NCBI GenBank assembly: GCA_048939995.1
Contig: JBHLOY010000002.1
Coordinates: 160,001 to 224,000, forward strand
Reading direction: 5' to 3'
DNA: 64,000 bases
Source: Promethearchaeota archaeon
GTDB taxonomy: Archaea > Asgardarchaeota > Lokiarchaeia > Sigyniarchaeales > SOKP01
Below the pieces are notes generated by a model that made no database searches, was not told where the DNA came from, and saw nothing but the letters and a program-made list of their open reading frames with translations. Made by a program: the position numbers and the translations under genes. Below, piece by piece: positions 1 through 9,889 of the stretch (position 1 is its first letter; each line of letters begins with the position of its first letter).

Positions 1-267
1 GTAAAAAGCAATTTATTTTTGAAATTTCTTGGGAATATAATATTATAATACAATAAAATTTTATCAAAATGCATTCGAAAATATTAAAACCCCTTATTAT
101 TTAAAGAGAAACACAATAAAAAGGAATAGATGACATCTAAATCGAATGGCAAATTATTTCCATAGTCTATTGAAAAACTTCAATAATACTATTTTTTAAT
201 TATAAGAAGATTTATTTGATTGTAAATAGATTATTTAAACACAGAAGATTGTATTTATCTTAATAAC

Positions 268-1311
268 ATGTTAAGTAAAGGATCTGAATTTCTTTTAGGA
301 CTATTTTATTCTGATGAAGAAACCCTAGTATACGATAAAATAAAATTATCTTATAATCTGCCTGAAGAATCAATTCGTGAATTAAAGTCAATTTCATTTA
401 AATTCCTTGGTCCCCTATTAATGACGAGAGCATTGTATAAGCAGCAGCAGTGGAGGATTGATTATATTGAAACCTCATTAACGCCACAATCTAGCATGGT
501 AATTGATGATACTCTTATGCAATCATTTATCTGTCTTAATTCATCACTAAAAACAGCACAATACATAACCAATCTCTTTGCTTTTATAGGATCACCCTAT
601 ACAGAAGATCTAGCACTGATATATGAAAGATTGGATAAATATATTCACCCAAGCATTATTCAAGGAAAATTTGTTGCTCAAAAGGTGCATGGCCCTGATT
701 TTGATTTTAATACGTTAATAAACGAGGAAATGAAAAGAGGAATTGACTTACTTGAACATACGTTGGGATCTCCAAGAAAGATATATTGGGAGGAAAAAAC
801 AATTTACACTCCTATAGCTGTCATAAAGAGAACTTTAAAAGATGGAAGATTAAACTCTGATCTCTATACCTTCGATTTAGAAGATCCACTGAGAAAAGAA
901 GCCCTAAACCAAATTCCTTCATATTATTTTTTGGGTATTTTACCCGATTATTATGAAAAAAGAATGAATAAGACTTTAAGATTGTTTGGAAAGGATGGAC
1001 TATATTCCAATATTAATAAAATGAAGATTAGTAGCCCAAATAAGGTGGTGCTGTACGTAGAAGAATTCGCAACTAGAGTCAATGAGAAGATAAGTTACGG
1101 TTTGATTCTCATACCAGATAAAGATAACATTCAGGAATCACGAGATTTATTTTTTTATAAAAAGAAGTTGAGGAATATGTTAGATAAAAATAATAATTTT
1201 GAAAGGTCTGTAATTGAGTTAAATTCAAGTCTCAATCCATTTGATGGTTGGAATCTAAATTCTGAGGAATCTCTTCAAAAAATTGAAAAATCCCTAGATA
1301 AAAAGCAATAA
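268..1311 (+). CDS. hypothetical protein, possibly two tandem longin/uDENN-like alpha-beta domains
   Basis: 347-aa ORF with no clear family motif; the strand-helix-strand-helix pattern appears twice (FLLGLFYSD..LPEESIRELKSISF; PIAVIKR..ISYGLILIP..DLFFYKKKL). The fold call is inference only. Confidence 0.5.
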   Translation: MLSKGSEFLLGLFYSDEETLVYDKIKLSYNLPEESIRELKSISFKFLGPLLMTRALYKQQQWRIDYIETSLTPQSSMVIDDTLMQSFICLNSSLKTAQYITNLFAFIGSPYTEDLALIYERLDKYIHPSIIQGKFVAQKVHGPDFDFNTLINEEMKRGIDLLEHTLGSPRKIYWEEKTIYTPIAVIKRTLKDGRLNSDLYTFDLEDPLRKEALNQIPSYYFLGILPDYYEKRMNKTLRLFGKDGLYSNINKMKISSPNKVVLYVEEFATRVNEKISYGLILIPDKDNIQESRDLFFYKKKLRNMLDKNNNFERSVIELNSSLNPFDGWNLNSEESLQKIEKSLDKKQ

Positions 1312-1333
1312 TAATAAGAAGGTATAACTGAAG

Positions 1334-2341
1334 ATGGAGCAAATACAATACAATAAACTTTATAATATTGATAAAGAACGATTATATTCTAATTTTCAGC
1401 GTATTGAGAATATGAATAAAGACTTAGATTTGATAGAAATTATAGCAAAATTTTTAGAAAATCAATCTGTTGGAACTTCATTAGCTCAAGTTTCAGAAGT
1501 TCTCAATTATTTTGAGAAAAAAATCTCTAAAGATAATTCCTTGTTAGATTTTGCATTTGAATGGATAAGAGCGAATAGGATTCGATTAGAATACAAAAAA
1601 TACATAAATATACGTGATTATAAGGAATACACCATTGCTTTAGATGAAGTTATTTTCCTCTTTTTCCTAAAATATGATAAAACATTCAGGGTTTTATTAA
1701 AGGATAATGTGGAGGAATATGAATTTGCATCATTATATCAAATCTTCTTCAATCCAAAACAATCAGATCTTGTTAGTTTAATGGCACTAATAGAAAGAAA
1801 TAAAGTCAGAGTACCCACTATTATTGTTGATGGAGAAAAAATTGATACTAGGATTCACACTCTTCGAGAGGGTCTTTCAGAGATGGTAAGAGATGATTAT
1901 AATGAAGGTTTACCCTCAGATGTCAAAATTATTAATTATGAGAGGAAGGCTTTCAATGAGAAAGTCATCGATAAAGATTTTGATGGAACAATGCTAGAAA
2001 GGTTAATAAAATTCTATTGCTTTCAGAAAAGGAAGATTGATAAAAAAGAATTTACCCTAGCAATTAATCGATTTCTATCCTCTTATCTACAATTTAATTT
2101 ATTCTATAATTTTAATGAATTCAAGGAAAAATTGATTTTAAACTTTGTAGAATATATATTTTCTGGTTTGACAGAAGATTATGATAACTATTCAACTGAA
2201 AGTATACAAAATGAACTAACAATGGTAATAAACGAATTTGAGAAAAAACTGCAAGACACAAGACTCAAAGGTAAAGCATGGATTGATGATTTAAAACCAA
2301 TCCTACAAAATTTTGTTGAAAACTTTATAGATCAATTATAG
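1334..2341 (+). CDS. hypothetical alpha-helical protein
   Basis: 335-aa ORF 22 bp downstream of the previous gene on the same strand; no recognisable motif. Confidence 0.6.
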   Translation: MEQIQYNKLYNIDKERLYSNFQRIENMNKDLDLIEIIAKFLENQSVGTSLAQVSEVLNYFEKKISKDNSLLDFAFEWIRANRIRLEYKKYINIRDYKEYTIALDEVIFLFFLKYDKTFRVLLKDNVEEYEFASLYQIFFNPKQSDLVSLMALIERNKVRVPTIIVDGEKIDTRIHTLREGLSEMVRDDYNEGLPSDVKIINYERKAFNEKVIDKDFDGTMLERLIKFYCFQKRKIDKKEFTLAINRFLSSYLQFNLFYNFNEFKEKLILNFVEYIFSGLTEDYDNYSTESIQNELTMVINEFEKKLQDTRLKGKAWIDDLKPILQNFVENFIDQL

Positions 2342-2342
2342 T

Positions 2343-3392
2343 TCATTTCTTAATCATCGATTTTAAAAAATTAATCTCATGTGTTGAATAGGCTGTTCCA
2401 TCCTCGTGAAAAATATCATGAAACCATATTTCTGGTATAGGATCACCTTTTTTAGATAACCATGAATAAACGGTCTGAGTTTTTCCTGAGATAAATCCCC
2501 AATTAAAAGCTCCAATTTTGTACTTCTTAAAGAGAGGAAGATGTGTTTCAAAAATATTATTAAAAGTGCGTGCTAAATATTCAGTACATAATATCGGGCG
2601 TTTTCCTTTTTTAAAATCTTGAATGGTTCCAATAGTTTTTTCAACCTCTCGATAATCATGGAAACTAATTATATCAGAAGATTGAATACAAATTGATTCT
2701 AAGTCCTTCCAATTTTTACCTTTAAGATGAAACTGCCATAAGCCAACTGTAATTGGTTGAGACGGATTACATTCTCTAGCCCATAGAAAACTAGCAATTA
2801 CTAAAGGGAATGATTTATTTTTCATACCCATATTACCAGGTTCATTATATAAATCCCAACCAAGAATTCTTTCATCTAAAGTATAATAACTTATAATATC
2901 TTGAACATAATCTTTTAAATCTGGATAGTAGGTTTCATCTAAAACTCTTTTTCTGCCCGGACTCGCTACCCATCCTGAATTATGAACCCCCGGGAGTAGA
3001 TCTGGTTGAGTTCCTAATTCTGGATCTTGATTCCACATATCGTCAAATAACACAAAAAGAACCCTCATATGATGTCTTTCACATATGTCGAGGAATCGGT
3101 TTAATCTTCTCTTAAATCCCGAAAAATCATCTTTCCATAAAAGAAAGTGTAAAAAGACTCTAAGTGAATTAAATCCAAGCTCTTCTGCCCATGTTAATTC
3201 TTGATTTATTCGATCAGGATTAAAAGTTTCTTTTTGGAACATTTCAATTTGATTGATAGCATCGCTTGGGATATAATTGCATCCAACGAACCATGGTTGT
3301 TCTTTATACCAGTCATTTGCTTTTTTAATATCCCACTTAGCTTTCAAGAGTGAACTTACTACAGATTTATCTAAATAATCTTCAATTTTCAT
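2343..3392 (-). CDS. clan GH-A (GH5-like) glycoside hydrolase
   Basis: GCNYIPS, LGFNSLRVFLH, acid/base motif WDLYNEP and nucleophile motif ILCTEY; no signal peptide. Confidence 0.85.
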   Translation of the reverse strand: MKIEDYLDKSVVSSLLKAKWDIKKANDWYKEQPWFVGCNYIPSDAINQIEMFQKETFNPDRINQELTWAEELGFNSLRVFLHFLLWKDDFSGFKRRLNRFLDICERHHMRVLFVLFDDMWNQDPELGTQPDLLPGVHNSGWVASPGRKRVLDETYYPDLKDYVQDIISYYTLDERILGWDLYNEPGNMGMKNKSFPLVIASFLWARECNPSQPITVGLWQFHLKGKNWKDLESICIQSSDIISFHDYREVEKTIGTIQDFKKGKRPILCTEYLARTFNNIFETHLPLFKKYKIGAFNWGFISGKTQTVYSWLSKKGDPIPEIWFHDIFHEDGTAYSTHEINFLKSMIKK

Positions 3393-3465
3393 TTTAAGTG
3401 CAATCTTCTTAATTGATAATAATGATTTAATAAAGAGTTAGTTATATTTTTTTTCTGAAATTAAT

Positions 3466-4287
3466 CTACTTTCCAATAAAAATTGGGTCTCGTTTTTCTT
3501 TTAATGCTTTTAAAGATTCTCCAAAATCTTTACTCTGAATCACTTTAGTCCATCCTTTATTTTCTAAATCCAACTGTTGTTCTAATACATTTCTGAAAAA
3601 TGAATGCATAGTTTTTTTCATTAGTTTGATCGAAAGCGAGGGTCCTCTAGGAGGTATGAGTTTGAAGGCTTGTTTTCTCGCATAAGACATTAACTCCTCT
3701 CTTGGCATCACCTTATTTACAAGACCTAAATTTTCGGCATCTTTTGCTGTCATGCGATCACCAAAATAAAATAGTTCCTTAGCTTTATTCATACCAATCA
3801 TGAGAGGTAAAAGCACTGTAGTAGCAAAATCTGGTATCACAGCTCTTTTTATAAAAAATAATGCCCACCATGCGTCTTCAGCCATATAAACTAAATCAGA
3901 ACAGATTACTGGGAGTGTAAACCCACCACCCACAGCAAAACCATTAATTACTGATATAACTGGTTTTGAGAAATCCCAAAACTTAAGACATAGTCTTTTT
4001 GATGCCATATCTCTTAAATTAATCTCCATTTTGTGTTTCTCAGGGATTTGTTTTACCATATCTTCTGAAAAGTAACCCCCTGAAGAGAAAGCTCTTGCTT
4101 CCTCACAACCTGTAAGTATTATAACCCTAACATCTTTATCTTTTTCAGCATAATCTACAGCATACCAGAGTTCCAACAGACCTAATGGTGAAAGCGCATT
4201 CTTTTTAGTTGGCCAGTTAAGTGTAACCGTTAGAATTCCATTTTCTTCTTTTTCATATTTAATCTGGCTAAATTCTTCTATTAACAT
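3466..4287 (-). CDS. enoyl-CoA hydratase/isomerase (crotonase) family protein, PaaG-like
   Basis: KKNAL, AFSSGG, KPVISVINGFAVGGG, GLVNKV, EKRDPIFIGK. The canonical catalytic Glu residues are absent and an IPD Asp is present. Confidence 0.85.
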   Translation of the reverse strand: MLIEEFSQIKYEKEENGILTVTLNWPTKKNALSPLGLLELWYAVDYAEKDKDVRVIILTGCEEARAFSSGGYFSEDMVKQIPEKHKMEINLRDMASKRLCLKFWDFSKPVISVINGFAVGGGFTLPVICSDLVYMAEDAWWALFFIKRAVIPDFATTVLLPLMIGMNKAKELFYFGDRMTAKDAENLGLVNKVMPREELMSYARKQAFKLIPPRGPSLSIKLMKKTMHSFFRNVLEQQLDLENKGWTKVIQSKDFGESLKALKEKRDPIFIGK

Positions 4288-4340
4288 TAATTTAATAAAA
4301 ACATAAGAGAATAAAATATTTTATAATAGTCAGGCTAGCC

Positions 4341-5051
4341 TTATTTTCTGGATTTTTTATAGAAAATAATTCCAAATGGAACTACAACTGCAGCTAATCC
4401 AATTATAACTACTAGTGTGATAATTAACACTAGATCATCCCCTTCAGCTAATTCTATTAAAGTAAGAGTTGCTATTATCTCATTATTATTAATAAGTTCT
4501 TCTTTTATTAATATTCCATTCTCGCTATATGTAAGAATAGCTTGTATATTAGCAATATCAATAGTTATTATGTTCCCATTAACATTTGCAGACCAAACTG
4601 TATATGCTTCTATAAATCCTTTTACAATATTTACATCAACTGGGTCGTTTGGAATAATAAAATACCCACCGTATCCATTTAACAACAAATTACTCATATT
4701 GTCTCCATATCTAAAAAATTGATGTGTCTTATTATAAAGTAAGCAGGTCACATTTTGATATTGTATGTTATCTACGAATAAAGTCTCGTATTTATTAGAT
4801 GTGGAGTTTAATTCACTAACAGTTACTTTAACTCCTAATCCATTAAATATATCATAAAATCTATAAATCTCTACAACGTTCACTTTTACTTTCGATAATG
4901 CAGAGGCCAATGTATCTTCAAAATCATATTCTATAAACCCTTCTTCATCTACGGGTAGCGTTGAATCACCAAGTTGAAAATCCGCCAAAATAGGAGTAAA
5001 AATTAAAGATACTAATAGGATATTGATAACCATTAGGTTTTTTAATGTCAT
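4341..5051 (-). CDS. secreted/cell-surface protein with C-terminal membrane anchor
   Basis: N-terminal hydrophobic signal, several N-x-S/T sequons, C-terminal TM helix followed by basic KKSRK. Confidence 0.65.
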   Translation of the reverse strand: MTLKNLMVINILLVSLIFTPILADFQLGDSTLPVDEEGFIEYDFEDTLASALSKVKVNVVEIYRFYDIFNGLGVKVTVSELNSTSNKYETLFVDNIQYQNVTCLLYNKTHQFFRYGDNMSNLLLNGYGGYFIIPNDPVDVNIVKGFIEAYTVWSANVNGNIITIDIANIQAILTYSENGILIKEELINNNEIIATLTLIELAEGDDLVLIITLVVIIGLAAVVVPFGIIFYKKSRK

Positions 5052-5175
5052 TAAAATTTAATAGTCTTCATTTAAATAAAACTTTTGATCAAAAATGAAG
5101 TTGAAACTTTTTTATAATCTTAGGTTAATTATTAATTAAACTCTTAATTGAATCAAAAGTAAAGGAAGGTAAAAT

Positions 5176-6567
5176 ATGTCAGAAGAAGAGTTTATACCTA
5201 GGAAATCACGAGTTGCTTTTGGGGGAATAACATTTTCTAGTGGTCTCTTTTCAAATTTAGTTATAAATGTTACATTTACTTTTTTTTATAACGTAAAACT
5301 TGGATTAAATGATTTTGCAACAGGCCTTGCATGGTTAATATTCATTATTTGGAATACATTAAATGATCCTCTTCTTGGTTATATTGAAGATAGAACCAAA
5401 TCAAAGAAATATGGAAGAAGAGTTCCCTACGTTCGTTTTGGTGGAATCGTCTATGGAATCTTATTTGTCCTAAGTTGGATACCTTTTGCTACCATCGATA
5501 ATCAACTAGGTTTATTTTTAAATATGCTTATAATGTTGTTTTTATTTGATACTTTGTTTACAATGGTCGGTTTAATTTCATATACATTACCTGCTGAAAT
5601 GGCAATCACTGGTACAGCACGTTCAAAATTGAACATATCTGGATCTGTAGGCAACGCATTAGCTTTATTGCTGTCATTCGTAATTCCAGCTATATTGCTT
5701 ACGGGAGATTATTTAGCTACTGTGGATCCAATGTTTCCAGTATTTATCCTAACAATGATCGTTTTAGGTGTCGTCGGAACTGTAATATTGTTTGTATGCA
5801 GTTTTCATATCAAAGAAAATAAGTATACAATATTTGAAGAACCGCTTGGCTTTAAGTCTAGTATTGTCGAGACGTTTAAAAATCGTTCATTTTTAATATT
5901 TGAGTTATCGAATTTCTTCTTTTTAATTGCTCAATTTATATTAACTAATGGCGTATTATATTGGGTAACATTTGTTTTAGGGCTTTCAGGTATTATTGCA
6001 ATGGTTCCGTTACTAGTTTTCTTTATAGTAGTCTTTCTATTCTTTCCAATATACAGTAGATTAATTATTAAATATGGAGTAAAGAAAGTATTCATGTGGT
6101 TATTAATCTTTACGGGTATTTCATTTCTAATTAGCTTTGCTCTAGCTTGGTCTTTTTATCCCGCCTTTATAGCTATGGTATTGATTGGGATCGGAATATC
6201 TGGCTACTTTATAACAAATCAATTAGTTATGGCAGAAGTGATTGATAATGATGAAATCTTAACAGGTAAACGAAGAGAAACCACTTATGGTGGAATGAAT
6301 GCTTTATTAACTAAGCCTACAAATTCATTAGGACCATGGATTTTAATCTCTATTATAAACATATTTGAGGTACAATTATCAAATAAACCATTAGGTGTTA
6401 TGGTTGCTTTTACAATTATCCCAGCAATTCTAATTTTTCTCAGTGGATTAGTCATCAAATTTTTTCCTCTAAGTGGTCCAGAATGGAACAAGAAAAAAGA
6501 GGAGTTACATAAAATTCATCAAGAAAAGGAAAAATCTTATTTAGAAAAGATTAGAACCCAAGAATAA
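5176..6567 (+). CDS. MFS transporter, glycoside-pentoside-hexuronide (MelB-like) family
   Basis: About 12 hydrophobic segments; WNTLNDPLLGYIEDRT..GRRVPY and AEVIDNDEILTGKRRE motifs. Confidence 0.88.
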   Translation: MSEEEFIPRKSRVAFGGITFSSGLFSNLVINVTFTFFYNVKLGLNDFATGLAWLIFIIWNTLNDPLLGYIEDRTKSKKYGRRVPYVRFGGIVYGILFVLSWIPFATIDNQLGLFLNMLIMLFLFDTLFTMVGLISYTLPAEMAITGTARSKLNISGSVGNALALLLSFVIPAILLTGDYLATVDPMFPVFILTMIVLGVVGTVILFVCSFHIKENKYTIFEEPLGFKSSIVETFKNRSFLIFELSNFFFLIAQFILTNGVLYWVTFVLGLSGIIAMVPLLVFFIVVFLFFPIYSRLIIKYGVKKVFMWLLIFTGISFLISFALAWSFYPAFIAMVLIGIGISGYFITNQLVMAEVIDNDEILTGKRRETTYGGMNALLTKPTNSLGPWILISIINIFEVQLSNKPLGVMVAFTIIPAILIFLSGLVIKFFPLSGPEWNKKKEELHKIHQEKEKSYLEKIRTQE

Positions 6568-6718
6568 ATAAAACTTAAATCTTCATCATTTTTTTTTTAT
6601 GTACCTAGCTTGGCTAGCTTAGCTTTAATAAGCTCTTTTTAAAAACATAACTAATAAGGAAGAGTTAATAAAAATAAAAATAATCATTTAAAGTTAATTA
6701 GAAATTGAATTCTAAATT

Positions 6719-7927
6719 TTATTTTTGATAGCTATTCCACTTTTCCTCAAGGTTAGGATCTTGAATGGTCTCCATAATATATTTAGCATAATCTTCTCCA
6801 GTAGCACCAGTATCTCTACCTGTAACCTTTAGTTTCTTTTCATAGATTGCACATATATCTAAAGCCATTTCCAGTTTCTTAGCTTTTCCTACGAATCCAA
6901 TATGGTTTAGAAGCATCGCAGCAGCTTTTATAATGCTCGTTGGGTCAGCATATTTGGTTCTTCCAGTTTCAACCATTCGCGGAGCAGTACCATGAATAGC
7001 CTCAAACATAGCATAACGTTTTCCGATATTTGCACTACCCGCTGTACCAACAGAGCCCTGAATCTGAGCTGCTTCGTCCGTAATTATATCTCCATATAGA
7101 TTGGGAGCAACAATTACCTTAAAATCTTTTTGACGTTCAGGATCTATTAATTTAGCAGCCATAATATCAATATACCAGTCATCAAATTTGATTTCAGGAT
7201 ATTCTTCTTTTGCAAGTTGTTTAGCCATATTTAGATACATTCCATCAGTAGTTTTTACTACATTTGCTTTTGTTACTAATGAAACTCTATTTACTCCCGT
7301 CTTTTTAGCATGTTCAAATGCCAATCTCAAAATACGATCGGTACCTTGCAATGTATGCACACAGAAATCAAAAGCTAGATCATTTGTCACCTTAATTCCC
7401 TTTGAACCTAGAACATAAGCACCTTCAGTGTTCTCTCTGAAAAACATCCAGTCAATTCCTTTATCAGGTACCTTTACTGGGCGCACATTAGCAAATAAAT
7501 CAAGTTCTCTTCGCATAGATACATTAGCACTCTCTAAGTTTGGCCATTTGCCAGAAGCTAAGTCCGCTGAGGAAGGTGTGTGCGTGGGCCCTTTGAGTAT
7601 TACATTACAACCCTTCAATTGCTCTAAGGCTTCATCAGGTATGGCTTTCATTACTTTTGCCCTATTCTCAATAGTTAATCCTTCAATATCTTTGAATAGA
7701 ACCTTTCCACTCTGAACCTCATCTTCTAAAAGAAACTTCAGAATTGCTTCAGCATGTTTTGTAATCTCTGGCCCTATACCATCTCCACCTGCTACTCCAA
7801 TAATAATTGGTTTTAGTGTTGAGTAATCAATCCAATCTGCCCCTTTTTTCATTTCTTCAATTCGTTTTAATTGTGCTTTAACTAATGTTTCAAAGTGTTC
7901 TTTTGCTTTTTCAATAACATTTTCCAT
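6719..7927 (-). CDS. icd: isocitrate dehydrogenase (isocitrate/isopropylmalate dehydrogenase family)
   Basis: GDGIGPEI, LKGP, the isocitrate-type SANVSMRR segment, RENTEG, PNLYGDIITD and FEAIHGTAP; lies downstream of aclA. Confidence 0.8.
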   Translation of the reverse strand: MENVIEKAKEHFETLVKAQLKRIEEMKKGADWIDYSTLKPIIIGVAGGDGIGPEITKHAEAILKFLLEDEVQSGKVLFKDIEGLTIENRAKVMKAIPDEALEQLKGCNVILKGPTHTPSSADLASGKWPNLESANVSMRRELDLFANVRPVKVPDKGIDWMFFRENTEGAYVLGSKGIKVTNDLAFDFCVHTLQGTDRILRLAFEHAKKTGVNRVSLVTKANVVKTTDGMYLNMAKQLAKEEYPEIKFDDWYIDIMAAKLIDPERQKDFKVIVAPNLYGDIITDEAAQIQGSVGTAGSANIGKRYAMFEAIHGTAPRMVETGRTKYADPTSIIKAAAMLLNHIGFVGKAKKLEMALDICAIYEKKLKVTGRDTGATGEDYAKYIMETIQDPNLEEKWNSYQK

Positions 7928-8053
7928 TTTATAATTCCTCTATTTTTTTCAATTTTATTGACTTTTTTTTTTAATTTTTAGCATTTCTTAAAATTTATTA
8001 TTTTTATAAACTGAAAAAAGATTTAATTTAAAAGATAGTGTTTAATACCAGAT

Positions 8054-9889
8054 TTAACTTCCAAATAGTATCTCATCCCAAGGTTGACGATATAATCCTG
8101 CTCGTTGTCTTTTTTGATCAAAAACATGTCCCATCATTCCAATACTTCTGCCTAAAACAAATAGTCCATTTAAAGCTTCACTATAGATCACATCCTCAAT
8201 TTCTTCTGCTGTAAAGTCTAGATTCTCAAGTAAATCAAGGAAGCAAATTCCGATACATCCATCAACATTCAATATCAAATTATTTCTTTTTGCTGTAGTT
8301 AATTTCTCAACGTCTAGTGCAAAGTCAAGGTGAGGATGTTTTTCAAAGTTTTTAAACACAAATTCCTTTAGCAATGAAACTCTTACATCTGGGTTTTGGA
8401 CAGATTTAATTCTATGACCTATTCCGGGAATATTTATTTGTACAACGTTTTTCATATAATCAACGAAGTCATGGGGAGACATTTCTTTTTGTACAGCTTC
8501 CCTTATATATTTTGCAGCATCTGATATTGCTCCTCCAAATCTAGGTCCTATAGTCAAGATCCCACTTGCAACTGCAGACATAAGATCCTTGCCAGCTCGA
8601 GCAGTAATGATCGCATTATGCGCTCCAGAAACTGCTGGTCCGTGATCTGCAGTAAGCTTTATTACAATTTCAATAAATTGTTGTGCGAATTCAGGTAATT
8701 CTCTCTTAAACCATAAGAGTCCTATAACATATCCGATAGATTTATTCTCTTCAATAATTTTATCAAGTCCAACGCCAGCAAAAGTTGGAACATCACCACG
8801 ATCATCTGAGATCGTCACTACTACATCTGAGGATCGTCTTACTAGACCCATTCTCACAGCTTCATTATAATCCATAGGTACTTTGGGAGGTTCTATTTCT
8901 TTTATAATTTCTATTTTTCCTGATTGTTTTAACTTCTCAAAAGTTTCCTTTATTAGCTTATCAAAATCTTCATATGATTCTGGAACAAGAGCTCCCGCTT
9001 TTTTGAGTGCTTGATTTTTAGCTTCAGCAGTTTCTTTATCACTGCCCGCCATAGCGCCTGCGTGGCCAAACTGGAGCCCTTTCGGGAGTATTTTAGCCGC
9101 AGTACCGGTCACCCATATTACAAGCGGTTTCTTTATCTTTCCGCTCTCTAATGCATCAACAATCTCATATTCTTCTGTCCCTCCAATTTCACCTAAACAA
9201 ATTAGCATTTTTATTTTCGGATTTGTTTCATAGCGTAGAAGATGATCAATTAATCGTGAGCCTGGATATCTATCACCTCCGATTGCAATTGATTCATAAA
9301 CACCGTCTGTGTTTTGAGCAATCATAAAATTCATTTCATTACTTAATCCACCAGATTTGGATACAAATCCAACTGAACCTGGGCGATATAACTTTGATAG
9401 AATAATATTCTCCAGTGTTCCTGCTGTATTTCCAATTTTAAATGCTCCTGCTTTAATTCCACCAACAGTTGCTGGACCGATAATCACTTTATTTCGCTCT
9501 TTTGCTAATTTAATCAACAAGCGACTTTGTCTCTCTGGTACGCCTTCAGCTATTATTGTTACGACTCGAATGGTATTTGATTCAAGTGCTTCTTTACTAG
9601 TTTCGTAAGCAGATCGAAAGGAAGCAAAATTTATCATAACATCTACATTAGGATGTTTTTTAATTGCCATATTAAGAGTTTTATATACTGGAATAACAAC
9701 TTCTTTGCTACCCCAAAATGCTTTATGATATGCGACTGCAGCTTCTTGAGTAGGTCGAATCATCGCAGCAACCGAGGGTTTTTTTCGTCTACATACATAA
9801 TCAAAATCTAACATCCTTTGGACTGGAGCTGCTTGAAGTCCATATATTATTGCTTGAGTTTCTTCATTAAATAACTCATAATCTTCCAT
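8054..9889 (-). CDS. aclA: ATP-citrate lyase alpha subunit (SCS-alpha-like plus citryl-CoA lyase domain)
   Basis: VQRMLDFDYVC, NFASFRSA, GPATVGG, phospho-His motif QFGHAGA; citryl-CoA lyase motifs ADHGPAVSGAHN, IPGIGHRIKS and LILNVDG. Confidence 0.95.
   Translation of the reverse strand: MEDYELFNEETQAIIYGLQAAPVQRMLDFDYVCRRKKPSVAAMIRPTQEAAVAYHKAFWGSKEVVIPVYKTLNMAIKKHPNVDVMINFASFRSAYETSKEALESNTIRVVTIIAEGVPERQSRLLIKLAKERNKVIIGPATVGGIKAGAFKIGNTAGTLENIILSKLYRPGSVGFVSKSGGLSNEMNFMIAQNTDGVYESIAIGGDRYPGSRLIDHLLRYETNPKIKMLICLGEIGGTEEYEIVDALESGKIKKPLVIWVTGTAAKILPKGLQFGHAGAMAGSDKETAEAKNQALKKAGALVPESYEDFDKLIKETFEKLKQSGKIEIIKEIEPPKVPMDYNEAVRMGLVRRSSDVVVTISDDRGDVPTFAGVGLDKIIEENKSIGYVIGLLWFKRELPEFAQQFIEIVIKLTADHGPAVSGAHNAIITARAGKDLMSAVASGILTIGPRFGGAISDAAKYIREAVQKEMSPHDFVDYMKNVVQINIPGIGHRIKSVQNPDVRVSLLKEFVFKNFEKHPHLDFALDVEKLTTAKRNNLILNVDGCIGICFLDLLENLDFTAEEIEDVIYSEALNGLFVLGRSIGMMGHVFDQKRQRAGLYRQPWDEILFGS

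Noticed and set aside
6719-7927. Calling the dehydrogenase and the aconitase LeuB/LeuCD or homoisocitrate-pathway enzymes
   Set aside because: The SANV..R segment is isocitrate-type, the aconitase is single-chain and the context is TCA, although dual specificity is not excluded.
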